The notes under the pieces were generated by a model. The model was not told the DNA's origin, ran no database searches, and saw only the letters and a list, made by a program, of their open reading frames with translations. Positions 17,097 through 25,412 of a stretch of DNA of 36,984 nucleotides are shown here, in pieces. The stretch is from Paratractidigestivibacter sp. (GTDB taxonomy: Bacteria; Bacillota_I; Bacilli_A; RF39; UBA660). The position numbers and the translations under genes were made by a program. How positions within the stretch are numbered: the stretch's first letter is position 1; every line of letters begins with the position of its first letter. The DNA lies in NCBI GenBank assembly GCA_963592455.1, contig CAVAWS010000063.1:1-36984 (forward strand). The letters are read 5' to 3'.

Positions 17097-18346
17097 GAAT
17101 AGGATTATTTACAGATACATATCCTCCATATATTAATGGGGTATCTACAAGTGTTATGATGCTTAAAAACGGACTAGAAAAGCTTGGCCATACTGTTTAT
17201 GTTGTAACGGTTAATAGTGAGTCATTCTCTTATAAATCAGAGGATAACGTACTCATGATTCCGGGTGTTCCAGTAGGAATTTTAGATTATAGGTTAACAA
17301 GTTTATATCCTATGAAAGCTAAAAAAATAATAAAAAGTTGGAATTTAGATGTAATACATTCACATACAGAGTTTGGTGTTGGATCTTTCGCTAGGTTTTT
17401 TTCAAAGCAATATAATATACCTTTAGTACATACATACCATACTATGTATGAAGAGTATATATACTATATAACAAAAGGTTACTTTGATGGACCTTCTAAA
17501 AAGTTAGTTGAGTATTTAACACTATTTTTATGTGATAAGACAGTTGAAGAGTTAATAGTACCAACTAAAAAGGCTTATGATTTATTTAAGAATAAATATA
17601 AGGTTAAAAGAAATGTTCATATAATACCAACTGGTATAGATGTTAAAAGATTTTATAAAGAAAACATAGATAAAAAAGAAAAAGAGACATTAAGAAAAGA
17701 CATTGGTCTTAATAAAAATGATTATGTTGTAATGTTCATTGGAAGAATTGCTAAAGAAAAGAATATAGAATTTTTAATTAATGCTCATAAAAAACTTATA
17801 AAGAAAAATAAGAATGCTAAACTGGTAATAGTGGGTGATGGTCCTGACGTTAAAGAGTTATTTGAGTTGGTTGATAAAAACAAATTAAACAAAAACGTAA
17901 TATTTACCGGAAAAGTTCCTTGGGATAAGGTTCCTGTTTATTATGCTTTATGCGATGTTTTTGTAACTTCTTCAACAAGTGAAACACAAGGATTAACTGT
18001 AATAGAGGCTATGGCAGCATCAAAACCAGTAGTTGCAATAAAAGATGAAAGTTTTGAAATAGTAATAGAAAACAAAAAAAATGGATTATTTTTTACAAAT
18101 GAAAAGGAATATATAAATTTAATAGAAAAACTATATAATGATAAAGAATATGCTAATAAGATAGGCAAGGAAGCATGTAATAAAGCTAAATTATATAGTG
18201 AGGAAGCTTATGCTAAAAACGTGTTAGAAATTTATAACATGGTAATAAAAAGAGACACTAATATCTTTAATAAGACATTTCATAATATAAAGAAGATAGT
18301 TTCAAAAAAGGAAGTTGATAGTAATGGAAAAGATAATAGTATGTAA
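17093..18346 (+). CDS. GT4 glycosyltransferase, alpha-monoglucosyl-diacylglycerol synthase-like
   Basis: N-terminus MRIGLFTDTYPPYINGVSTSV is typical of glycolipid GT4 enzymes. E-x7-E motif in ETQGLTVIEAMAASKPVV. RBS AGGAGAGG. ATGA overlap with the upstream stop. Confidence 0.85.
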   Translation: MRIGLFTDTYPPYINGVSTSVMMLKNGLEKLGHTVYVVTVNSESFSYKSEDNVLMIPGVPVGILDYRLTSLYPMKAKKIIKSWNLDVIHSHTEFGVGSFARFFSKQYNIPLVHTYHTMYEEYIYYITKGYFDGPSKKLVEYLTLFLCDKTVEELIVPTKKAYDLFKNKYKVKRNVHIIPTGIDVKRFYKENIDKKEKETLRKDIGLNKNDYVVMFIGRIAKEKNIEFLINAHKKLIKKNKNAKLVIVGDGPDVKELFELVDKNKLNKNVIFTGKVPWDKVPVYYALCDVFVTSSTSETQGLTVIEAMAASKPVVAIKDESFEIVIENKKNGLFFTNEKEYINLIEKLYNDKEYANKIGKEACNKAKLYSEEAYAKNVLEIYNMVIKRDTNIFNKTFHNIKKIVSKKEVDSNGKDNSM

Positions 18347-19031
18347 TCAAAAAATGTTTTTAACATATGATGAAGCTAAAGTCTTGATGAATGAATTGAA
18401 AGATGAAAATAATGATTACTTCATAGTAGCACCTAATTTTTTAAACATGAAATTATTTAAGGATTTTAATTTATGTGCACAAAATTGTCATTATGAAAAC
18501 GCTGGAGCAAGAACAGGTGAGGTATCACCATACCATTTAAGTTTGGTAGGAGTTAAATACGTTTTATTAGGTCATTCTGAAAGAAGAGAGTTAGAAGATG
18601 ATTATTTAATTAATAAAAAAGTAGTTGCAGCTATCAAAAACTCTTTAATTCCCATACTTTGTATTGGTGAAACATACCTAGATAATCAAATGCATAGAAC
18701 AAGTGAAGTATTAAAAAAACAACTAAAAATAGCTCTTACATCAGTAGATAAGGATAGTACTTTTTATGTTGCATATGAACCAAGATGGTTAATAGGTGGT
18801 AAAAATACTCTTACAAAAAATGAAATAGATGATTCAGTTAAATATATTAAGAAGATTTTAACTGAGCTTGGTTTTAATAATAATAATAATATATTATATG
18901 GAGGATCGGTTAATAAAAGTAATATTAACTTGATACTAAGTAATAACGTAGATGGATATTTGTTAGGAAATGCATCTTGTGATATTGATGAACTAAAATA
19001 TATAATAAATTGTATAAAAAGTGTAAAGTAG
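18324..19031 (+). CDS. tpiA: triose-phosphate isomerase (divergent)
   Basis: CNQKMF (Asn/Lys kept), GARTGEVS, LGHSERR, LCIGET, AYEPRWLIGG (catalytic Glu kept), YGGSV. ATG 18324 overlaps the GT4 gene by 23 nt; the ORF-track TTG 18315 is an alternative. Confidence 0.8.
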   Translation: MEKIIVCNQKMFLTYDEAKVLMNELKDENNDYFIVAPNFLNMKLFKDFNLCAQNCHYENAGARTGEVSPYHLSLVGVKYVLLGHSERRELEDDYLINKKVVAAIKNSLIPILCIGETYLDNQMHRTSEVLKKQLKIALTSVDKDSTFYVAYEPRWLIGGKNTLTKNEIDDSVKYIKKILTELGFNNNNNILYGGSVNKSNINLILSNNVDGYLLGNASCDIDELKYIINCIKSVK

Positions 19032-19113
19032 ACCTGTTTTTGACAAACTTCTCTTTATTAATATGTTAAAAATATGATATGCTAATATTGTATTATAGAA
19101 GGGGATGTTTGCT

Positions 19114-19467
19114 ATGGATGGTAATAAAATCTCATTAAGAAGTAGATTCTTAGACGTTTTATACGAGCTTAAGTTTAGGCTTACGGTTGAAAAGATAAGT
19201 GGAAAAATGGTTATCTTAAAATCAAAGTTTAAAGAAATGATAGAAGATGAAACTGCTAAGGATATTATGGTTAGAGATAAAATAGATGAGTTATTTAAAC
19301 CATTAAACTTATTTAAAAAGCAAAATAATAATACGTTGCCTAATATTGAAGAAAATAATAATGAGTTAGAGAATTCTTCAAATATGGCAAATGTGAAGAG
19401 TAATAGTTTGATAAAGACTCTTCCACAGTTTAGAGGTAATAGTAACAGCGATAATAGGGCTGCTTAA
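19114..19467 (+). CDS. hypothetical protein
   Basis: About 117-aa ORF with GAAGGGG 9 nt before ATG 19114 (ORF-track ATG 19105 abuts the RBS). It has an N-rich low-complexity C-terminus and no recognisable family. Confidence 0.4.
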   Translation: MDGNKISLRSRFLDVLYELKFRLTVEKISGKMVILKSKFKEMIEDETAKDIMVRDKIDELFKPLNLFKKQNNNTLPNIEENNNELENSSNMANVKSNSLIKTLPQFRGNSNSDNRAA

Positions 19468-19471
19468 TAAT

Positions 19472-19503
19472 AGAAATGTAGTAAAAAATGCATTTCTTTT
19501 TTT
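19472..19503 (+). terminator. weak candidate terminator upstream of spo0A
   Basis: AGAAATG (19472-19478) / CATTTCT (19491-19497) followed by a T-run. The stem is AT-rich and the loop is 12 nt. An alternative palindrome AAATGCATTT lies at 19486-19495. Confidence 0.3.
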
Positions 19504-19504
19504 A

Positions 19505-19511
19505 TTCGACA
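19505..19511 (-). promoter_or_regulatory. candidate Spo0A-binding 0A box (TGTCGAA)
   Basis: Plus-strand TTCGACA is the reverse complement of TGTCGAA, a perfect match to the B. subtilis 0A-box consensus TGNCGAA. It lies about 65 nt upstream of the spo0A ATG and just upstream of a TATAAT at 19543-19548. Confidence 0.4.
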
Positions 19512-19576
19512 TAAAGTGATAAATGTTTTAAAAATAGTGCAGTATAATTTTTTTGTAATTGAAAGGAAAGAAAAGT

Positions 19577-20368
19577 ATGGAAAAAGAAAATAAACAAATT
19601 AGATTAGTTGTAGTAGATGATAATGAGGCACTAACTGATATGGTAGAAGAATATTTTAGTGAACATCAAAAAATAACAGTTGTAAAAAAAATATATAATG
19701 GATTAGATGCATTTGAATATGTAAAAAATAACAAAGATGCATTTGACGTTATGTTACTAGATCTTATAATGCCTAAGAAAGATGGAATATATGTTCTAGA
19801 TCAAATGAAGAAAAGTAATATTGAAAAAAACGTTATTGTTGGTACATCTTTTAATGCTGATGAAACAATATCTAGAGTATCTAAATATAACCCGAAACAT
19901 TTTTTATTAAAGCCTTTTGATATGCCTGATTTAGAAGATAAAATAATGGATGCAGTAAACTTTATACCAGATAATAAAAATGGTATGAATTTATATCATA
20001 ATAACTTAGAAATTTCTGTTACTAAATTGTTACATGGTCTAGGTGTTCCATCACACATAAAAGGCTATCAATATATAAGAGAAGGAATATTACTAATGTA
20101 TGAATCTCCATCTATAGTAGGGGCAATAACTAAAGAGTTATATCCGGAAATAGCTAATAAGTATGATACAACTGTATCTAGAGTAGAAAGAGCAATACGC
20201 CATGCTATTGAAGTTAGTTGGAATAGAGGTGACATTGAACTTATGGAAGAGGTATTTGGACATAGTGTTGATTATGATAGAGCAAAGCCAACTAATAGTG
20301 AGTTTATAGTTACACTATCTGATAAGCTAAGATTAGAGTTTAGTAAAGATAAAAAGAAAAGTTTTTAA
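19577..20368 (+). CDS. spo0A: sporulation master regulator Spo0A
   Basis: Receiver domain (LVVVDDN, phospho-Asp in MLLDLIMPKKDG, LLKPFD) plus the diagnostic Spo0A C-domain GVPSHIKGYQYIREGI and TVSRVERAIRHAIEVSW. ATG 19577 follows AAAGGAAAG; the ORF-track TTG 19559 is unlikely. Confidence 0.92.
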   Translation: MEKENKQIRLVVVDDNEALTDMVEEYFSEHQKITVVKKIYNGLDAFEYVKNNKDAFDVMLLDLIMPKKDGIYVLDQMKKSNIEKNVIVGTSFNADETISRVSKYNPKHFLLKPFDMPDLEDKIMDAVNFIPDNKNGMNLYHNNLEISVTKLLHGLGVPSHIKGYQYIREGILLMYESPSIVGAITKELYPEIANKYDTTVSRVERAIRHAIEVSWNRGDIELMEEVFGHSVDYDRAKPTNSEFIVTLSDKLRLEFSKDKKKSF

Positions 20369-20439
20369 TACAAAATAATCATAATTTAATAATTATTTAA
20401 TAATTTAATGATATACTATAGATATATGGAGGTTATTAA

Positions 20440-21111
20440 ATGAACTTAAGTAGAGAAAGTGGTATGTCAAACTTTTTATCAAAAGTATTTTTATGGATGA
20501 TGATAGGGTTACTAATATCAGGAGGAACTGCGTATTTAACATATGTTACACCTTCTATAACAAAATTTGTATATCAATTTTATACACTTATTTTGTTAGT
20601 AGAGTTAATTGTTGTAATTTCTTTTACGGCATTAAGAAAGAAAGTATCACCTGGCGTGGCTAAATTACTGTTCGTTATATATTCTATGGTAAGTGGTTTA
20701 ACGTTATCATCAATATTTATAGTTTATAAATTAGGAAGTATAGGTATTGTATTTTTAGCTGCTGCATTAATGTTTGGGTTAATGGCTGTTTATGGTTTAA
20801 CAACTAAAAATGATTTATCATCTTTTGGTAAAATACTAATCTTTGCTCTTATAGCTATAATAATAATGTCAGTGATCAATATCTTTGTACAAAATTCAGA
20901 GTTTGATATATTTATTTGTGTTGTATCAATTCTAATTTTCCTAGGATTGACTGCATGGGATCTAAATAATTTAAAGGCAATTTATAGCTATTATGAATCA
21001 AGTGAAGAAGAACTTAATAAAGCTGCTATTTATGGAGCTCTTGACTTATATTTAGACTTTATTAACATCTTCTTAAACTTATTAAATTTATTTGGAAAAA
21101 GAAATGACTAG
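20440..21111 (+). CDS. Bax inhibitor-1/YccA family membrane protein
   Basis: Seven-TM protein with FLSKVFLWMMIGLLISGGTAY, YGLTTKNDLSSFG and C-terminal AAIYGALDLYLDFINIFLNLLNLFG. RBS GGAGG. Confidence 0.85.
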   Translation: MNLSRESGMSNFLSKVFLWMMIGLLISGGTAYLTYVTPSITKFVYQFYTLILLVELIVVISFTALRKKVSPGVAKLLFVIYSMVSGLTLSSIFIVYKLGSIGIVFLAAALMFGLMAVYGLTTKNDLSSFGKILIFALIAIIIMSVINIFVQNSEFDIFICVVSILIFLGLTAWDLNNLKAIYSYYESSEEELNKAAIYGALDLYLDFINIFLNLLNLFGKRND

Positions 21112-21128
21112 CTAAGGCTAGTTTTTTT
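21107..21128 (+). terminator. rho-independent terminator
   Basis: ACTAGC (21107-21112) / GCTAGT (21117-21122), TAAG loop, then a T7 run. The stop codon lies inside the stem. Confidence 0.65.
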
Positions 21129-21219
21129 AATGTATAGTAATTGTAAAGTGTATTGCTAAATACTTCTATTACGTTTTAAAATCATTTACAATACTTATAT
21201 TGAAAGTAGGAGTGTAGTG

Positions 21220-21963
21220 GTGAAAAAATTAAAAATAGTATTATTTATAATATTTTGTATGTTTATTCAAATCAGTATTGTATCAGCAAGAGAGTTAACT
21301 TTAAAAGAGGTTTCTGATAATTATAAGAATTCGTTTAAAGAGTTTATACAAAAAGCGTTTGAGGGTGGAACAATTACTGAAACAAATGATGGCTCTTTTG
21401 ATGTGAAATATGATGATAATAGTTTTGCAATAACGATAACAAACGATGGTAAAATATTAAATTACAATTTTTTATATAATAAAAATACTAATACTTTAGC
21501 GTATGATGGTGCTACGTTAAATGGTGTTAAAGGAGAGGAAAACGAGCTTTTAAACTCATTTATAATACTTCCGCTTGCATATGATGTTGCAAATCTTCAG
21601 GGGTATAGTTATGAACAGTTTATCTCGTTAATGGAAAATCACGAAAGTTTAACTTTAGAAAATGACGGCATTTCTTTTGAGTATGAAACTTATAAAAATA
21701 AAGATGAGAATACAAACGTTGAAATGGATTACATTAAAAACTTTAATTTAAACTTAGGTGATACATATGCTAATAGATTATCTAAGGTGGTTGTTACTAA
21801 AAATAGTGATAATAACGCTCAAAAATTATCCACAGCAGAAAAACCAGAGAAAAATCCACAAACTGATGATTTTAAAATAGGGTTAATAATATTAATAGCA
21901 GTTACCTTTGTTTCTACATCAGTATTAGGTTATAAAAAGTTAAGAAGACTATTAAACAATTAA
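21220..21963 (+). CDS. secreted protein with a C-terminal cell-wall sorting signal (NPQTD motif)
   Basis: Signal peptide KKLKIVLFIIFCMFIQISIVSA. The C-terminus is EKNPQTDDFKIGLIILIAVTFVSTSVLGYKKLRRLLNN, i.e. motif, hydrophobic helix and basic tail. Start is GTG 21220 or 21217, after GGAG. Confidence 0.6.
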   Translation: MKKLKIVLFIIFCMFIQISIVSARELTLKEVSDNYKNSFKEFIQKAFEGGTITETNDGSFDVKYDDNSFAITITNDGKILNYNFLYNKNTNTLAYDGATLNGVKGEENELLNSFIILPLAYDVANLQGYSYEQFISLMENHESLTLENDGISFEYETYKNKDENTNVEMDYIKNFNLNLGDTYANRLSKVVVTKNSDNNAQKLSTAEKPEKNPQTDDFKIGLIILIAVTFVSTSVLGYKKLRRLLNN

Positions 21964-21971
21964 TTATAAAA

Positions 21972-22006
21972 AGATGGAGATAAAATAATTTATTTCTATC
22001 TTTTTT
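21972..22006 (+). terminator. rho-independent terminator
   Basis: 13-bp stem AGATGGAGATAAA (21972-21984) / TTTATTTCTATCT (21989-22001) with two G-U pairs, an ATAA loop and a T-run. Confidence 0.65.
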
Positions 22007-22084
22007 AATTTTTACTGTGGAAAACTAAAAAAATACCAAAAAATTATGCATTTAAAAAAAATACAAAAAATAGCCTAAAACCCC

Positions 22085-22113
22085 TTGAAATAAAGGAAAA
22101 CACGTGCTATAAT
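22085..22113 (+). promoter_or_regulatory. sigma-A promoter of the S10 operon
   Basis: TTGAAA (22085-22090), 17-nt spacer, TGcTATAAT (-10 at 22108-22113 with an extended TG). Confidence 0.65.
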
Positions 22114-22250
22114 TGTTACTGCGTGTAGATGCGAAGATGTGCGAGGTTGCTGACACTCCAGGTAGAGTTGTTAATTTGCTACAAAGGAAATCAGGTAATT
22201 CGTTCGGAGCAAGTCTATACAAGATATAGGCGAAGGGAGGATAATTGAGT
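22114..22250 (+). promoter_or_regulatory. 5' leader of rpsJ, GC-enriched, candidate ribosomal-protein autoregulatory leader
   Basis: About 130 nt between promoter and ATG, visibly richer in G+C than the flanks. GCGAAG is repeated at 22131 and 22230. Hairpin GTCTATA (22213-22219) / TATAGGC (22225-22231) lies immediately 5' of the SD GGGAGG (22235-22240). Confidence 0.35.
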
Positions 22251-22553
22251 ATGTCAAATAAAATTCGAATTAAATTAAAAGCATATGAACATCGTTCTTT
22301 AGATTTAGCTGCTTCTAAAATAGTTGAAACAGTTAAACGTACTGGAGGAAAGGTATCTGGTCCTGTACCATTACCAACTGAAATCCAAAAATATACAATT
22401 TTAAGAGCTGTTCATAAGTATAAAGACTCACGTGAACAATTCGAAATGCGTACACACAAGAGATTAATTGATATTACATCACCAAGCAAGGAAACTATAG
22501 ATGCATTACAACATTTAGATTTACCTAGTGGTGTTGAAATAGAAATTAAATAA
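22251..22553 (+). CDS. rpsJ: 30S ribosomal protein S10
   Basis: [18 protein letters not shown]...[12 protein letters not shown] 22251 lies 10 nt after GGGAGG. Confidence 0.97.
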   Translation: MSNKIRIKLKAYEHRSLDLAASKIVETVKRTGGKVSGPVPLPTEIQKYTILRAVHKYKDSREQFEMRTHKRLIDITSPSKETIDALQHLDLPSGVEIEIK

Positions 22554-22568
22554 ATATAGGAGGAAAAA

Positions 22569-23297
22569 ATGGAAAGAAAAGGAATCTTAGGTCGTAAGCT
22601 AGGAATGACTCAAGTTTTTGAAAAAAACGGAAAACTTGTTCCAGTTACTGTAGTTGAAGTTGAACCTAACGTTGTTACTCAAATCAAAACAACTGAAAAT
22701 GATGGTTATGAAGCTATTCAATTAGGTTTTGACACTAAAAGAGAAAAACTTAGTAACAAAGCTGAAAAAGGTCATCTAGCAAAAGCTAATACTGCTCCTA
22801 AGCGCTTCTTAAAAGAGATTCGCGGAGTGGATATTAGTAAATATGAGCTTGGTCAAGAACTTACAGTAGAAGTTTTTGAAGAAGGCGAAATGGTTGATGT
22901 CACTGGAATCTCTAAAGGTAAAGGTTTCCAAGGAGTTATTAAACGTTACAATCAATCAAGAGGTCCTATGGGACATGGATCTCAATATCATAGAGGTGTT
23001 GGTTCATTAGGAACAATGAGACCAATGCGTGTATTTAAAGGTAAGAAATTGCCAGGACACATGGGACATGTTACTGTTACAATGCAAAACTTAGAAATAG
23101 TTGCAGTAATGAAAGATGAAAATGTTATTTTAATAAAAGGTAATGTTCCAGGTGCTAAAAAGTCTTTAGTTATCATCAAGTCAGCTGTTAAAAAGCCAAA
23201 TGTAAAAAAAGATAAGATCGAATTAGTATCTTATGTTAAAGAAGAGGCTGAAACAGTAACTGAGGTTAACGAAGCATCACAAGAAACTGCCGAATAA
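22569..23297 (+). CDS. rplC: 50S ribosomal protein L3 (with ~30-aa C-terminal extension)
   Basis: [34 protein letters not shown]. Confidence 0.97.
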   Translation: MERKGILGRKLGMTQVFEKNGKLVPVTVVEVEPNVVTQIKTTENDGYEAIQLGFDTKREKLSNKAEKGHLAKANTAPKRFLKEIRGVDISKYELGQELTVEVFEEGEMVDVTGISKGKGFQGVIKRYNQSRGPMGHGSQYHRGVGSLGTMRPMRVFKGKKLPGHMGHVTVTMQNLEIVAVMKDENVILIKGNVPGAKKSLVIIKSAVKKPNVKKDKIELVSYVKEEAETVTEVNEASQETAE

Positions 23298-23349
23298 TTT
23301 AAGTTAGTTATAAAAAATTATTAAGCATGTGATGAAAGGAGGAACTAAA

Positions 23350-23976
23350 ATGCCAAAGACAGCACTTTTAAGTTTAAAAGGTGAAAAAATTAAAGACATT
23401 AAATTAGATGATAACGTTTGGAAAATTACACCAAACGATCAAGTTGTATATGAATCAATCGTATTGATGCGTGCAGCTTTAAGACAAGGTTCACACTCTG
23501 TTAAAAACCGTGGTGAGGTAGCAGGCGGAGGAAGAAAACCTTGGAGACAAAAAGGTACTGGTAATGCCCGTCAAGGATCTATCAGAGCACCACATTTTGT
23601 TGGAGGTGGAGTCGTATTTGGACCAAATCCAAACAGAAACTACACTAAGAAAATGAATAAGAAAGAACGTCGTTTAGCTTTAAGATCAGCATTAACTTAT
23701 AAAGCTAACGATAAAGAAGTTATAGTTGTTGACAAGTTTGAAACTGAATCTTTAAAAACTAAAGATATGTTAAAAACTTTAGAAGGATTAAAAGCAACTG
23801 GTAAAGTGTTAATCGTTACTACAGAGTTAACTGAAAACTTAATCTTAGCAACTAGAAACATTGGTAATGTTAAGTTAGTTTTAGCTAATGAGTTAAATAC
23901 ATATGACGTTTTATATTGTGATAAATTAATAATCACAGAAGATGCTGTGAAATATGTTGAGGAGGTGCTTAAATAA
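23350..23976 (+). CDS. rplD: 50S ribosomal protein L4
   Basis: GGGRKPWRQKGTGNARQGSIRAPHFVGGG. ATG 23350 follows AAAGGAGGA; the ORF-track start 23329 is less likely. Confidence 0.96.
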   Translation: MPKTALLSLKGEKIKDIKLDDNVWKITPNDQVVYESIVLMRAALRQGSHSVKNRGEVAGGGRKPWRQKGTGNARQGSIRAPHFVGGGVVFGPNPNRNYTKKMNKKERRLALRSALTYKANDKEVIVVDKFETESLKTKDMLKTLEGLKATGKVLIVTTELTENLILATRNIGNVKLVLANELNTYDVLYCDKLIITEDAVKYVEEVLK

Positions 23977-24257
23977 TGAACGAATTAAGAGATGTAATAT
24001 TAGCACCAATTGTTACTGAAAAATCAGCAAACATAAGCGCAGATGGAAGAAAAGTTGAGTTAAAGGTTGCAAAAGATGCAAACAAAATTCAAATAAGACA
24101 AGCTGTTGAAAAAATATTCAACGTAAAAGTTACAAATGTAAATACAATAAATGTACGTCCTAAGAAAAAAAGAGTTGGACGTTATACAGGAACAACTAAA
24201 GCTTACAAGAAAGCTATTATTACTTTAGCTGAAGGAAGTAAGTTAGATTTAAGCTAA
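23976..24257 (+). CDS. rplW: 50S ribosomal protein L23
   Basis: ILAPIVTEKS...KKAIITL. TAATG overlap with rplD. Confidence 0.96.
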   Translation: MNELRDVILAPIVTEKSANISADGRKVELKVAKDANKIQIRQAVEKIFNVKVTNVNTINVRPKKKRVGRYTGTTKAYKKAIITLAEGSKLDLS

Positions 24258-24272
24258 TAAGGAGGAAAAATA

Positions 24273-25097
24273 ATGCCAGTTAAAAAGTTCAGACCAACTA
24301 CAAATGCTTTAAGACAAATGAGTACTTTGGTTAATGATGAAATAACTAAATCAACTCCTGAAAAAAGCTTAGTAGTTAATAAGAAAAAAACAGATGGACG
24401 TAGCAATGGCCGTATTACTGTTAGACACCGTGGTGGTGGAGAAAAAAGAAAATATCGTATAATTGATTTCAAAAGAAATAAATTTGATATTACTGGAAAA
24501 GTAGCTGCTATTGAATATGATCCAAATAGAAGTGCTAATATAGCCTTAATAAATTATAAAGATGGAGAAAAAAGATATATAATCGCTCCTAAAGGATTAA
24601 AAGTAGGCGACATTATCGTTAGTGGTCAAAACGTTGACGTTAAAGTAGGTAATGCAATGCCAATTATGAATATTCCAGTAGGTACAGTTATTCATAATAT
24701 AGAAATGAGACCTGGCAAAGGTGCTCAAATAGCACGTAGTGCTGGATCAAGTGCACAAATACTTGGTCGTGAAGAAAAATATGTATTAATAAGATTAAGA
24801 AGTGGTGAAACAAGAAGAATCTTAGGAACTTGTATGGCTACAATAGGTGAAGTTGGTAACACTGATTATTCACTAGTTAACTTAGGTAAAGCTGGACGTA
24901 CTCGTCATATGGGTATAAGACCTACAGTACGTGGTTCAGTTATGAATCCTAATGATCACCCACATGGTGGTGGTGAAGGTAGAGCTCCAATTGGACGTAA
25001 ACAACCTATGACACCTTGGGGTAAACCAGCACTTGGTAAGAAGACTCGTAAAAATAAAAAAGCTTCTACTAAGTTAATAGTAAGCCGTAAAAAATAA
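24273..25097 (+). CDS. rplB: 50S ribosomal protein L2
   Basis: [30 protein letters not shown]. Confidence 0.98.
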   Translation: MPVKKFRPTTNALRQMSTLVNDEITKSTPEKSLVVNKKKTDGRSNGRITVRHRGGGEKRKYRIIDFKRNKFDITGKVAAIEYDPNRSANIALINYKDGEKRYIIAPKGLKVGDIIVSGQNVDVKVGNAMPIMNIPVGTVIHNIEMRPGKGAQIARSAGSSAQILGREEKYVLIRLRSGETRRILGTCMATIGEVGNTDYSLVNLGKAGRTRHMGIRPTVRGSVMNPNDHPHGGGEGRAPIGRKQPMTPWGKPALGKKTRKNKKASTKLIVSRKK

Positions 25098-25116
25098 AAG
25101 AAAGGAATGAATGTAA

Positions 25117-25389
25117 ATGGCAAGAAGTATTAAAAAAGGACCTTATGTATTTCCAAGATTACTAAAAAAGGTTCAAAAGCTAAATAAAGAAGGAAAAAAA
25201 GAAGTAATTAAGACTTGGTCACGCCGTTCAACAATATTTCCAGATTTTATTGGTCACACTTTTGCAGTTCACAATGGTAAGGATTTCATCCCTGTTTATG
25301 TAACTGAAGATATGGTTGGACATAAACTTGGTGAATTCTCATTAACTCGTAAATGTGGTGGACACGGCGAAAACAAAGACAAAAAGTAA
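25117..25389 (+). CDS. rpsS: 30S ribosomal protein S19
   Basis: [11 protein letters not shown]...[10 protein letters not shown]...GHKLGEFS. Confidence 0.97.
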   Translation: MARSIKKGPYVFPRLLKKVQKLNKEGKKEVIKTWSRRSTIFPDFIGHTFAVHNGKDFIPVYVTEDMVGHKLGEFSLTRKCGGHGENKDKK

Positions 25390-25412
25390 ATAACTAGAAG
25401 GGAGATAACAAT

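Noticed and set aside
22121-22150. Three GCG-initiated 10-mers in phase (gcgtgtagat / gcgaagatgt / gcgaggttgc) just after the S10 promoter, possibly a helically phased operator.
   Set aside because: The units share only GCG plus scattered positions. This is more parsimoniously part of the structured leader RNA, so it is folded into the leader finding rather than called separately.
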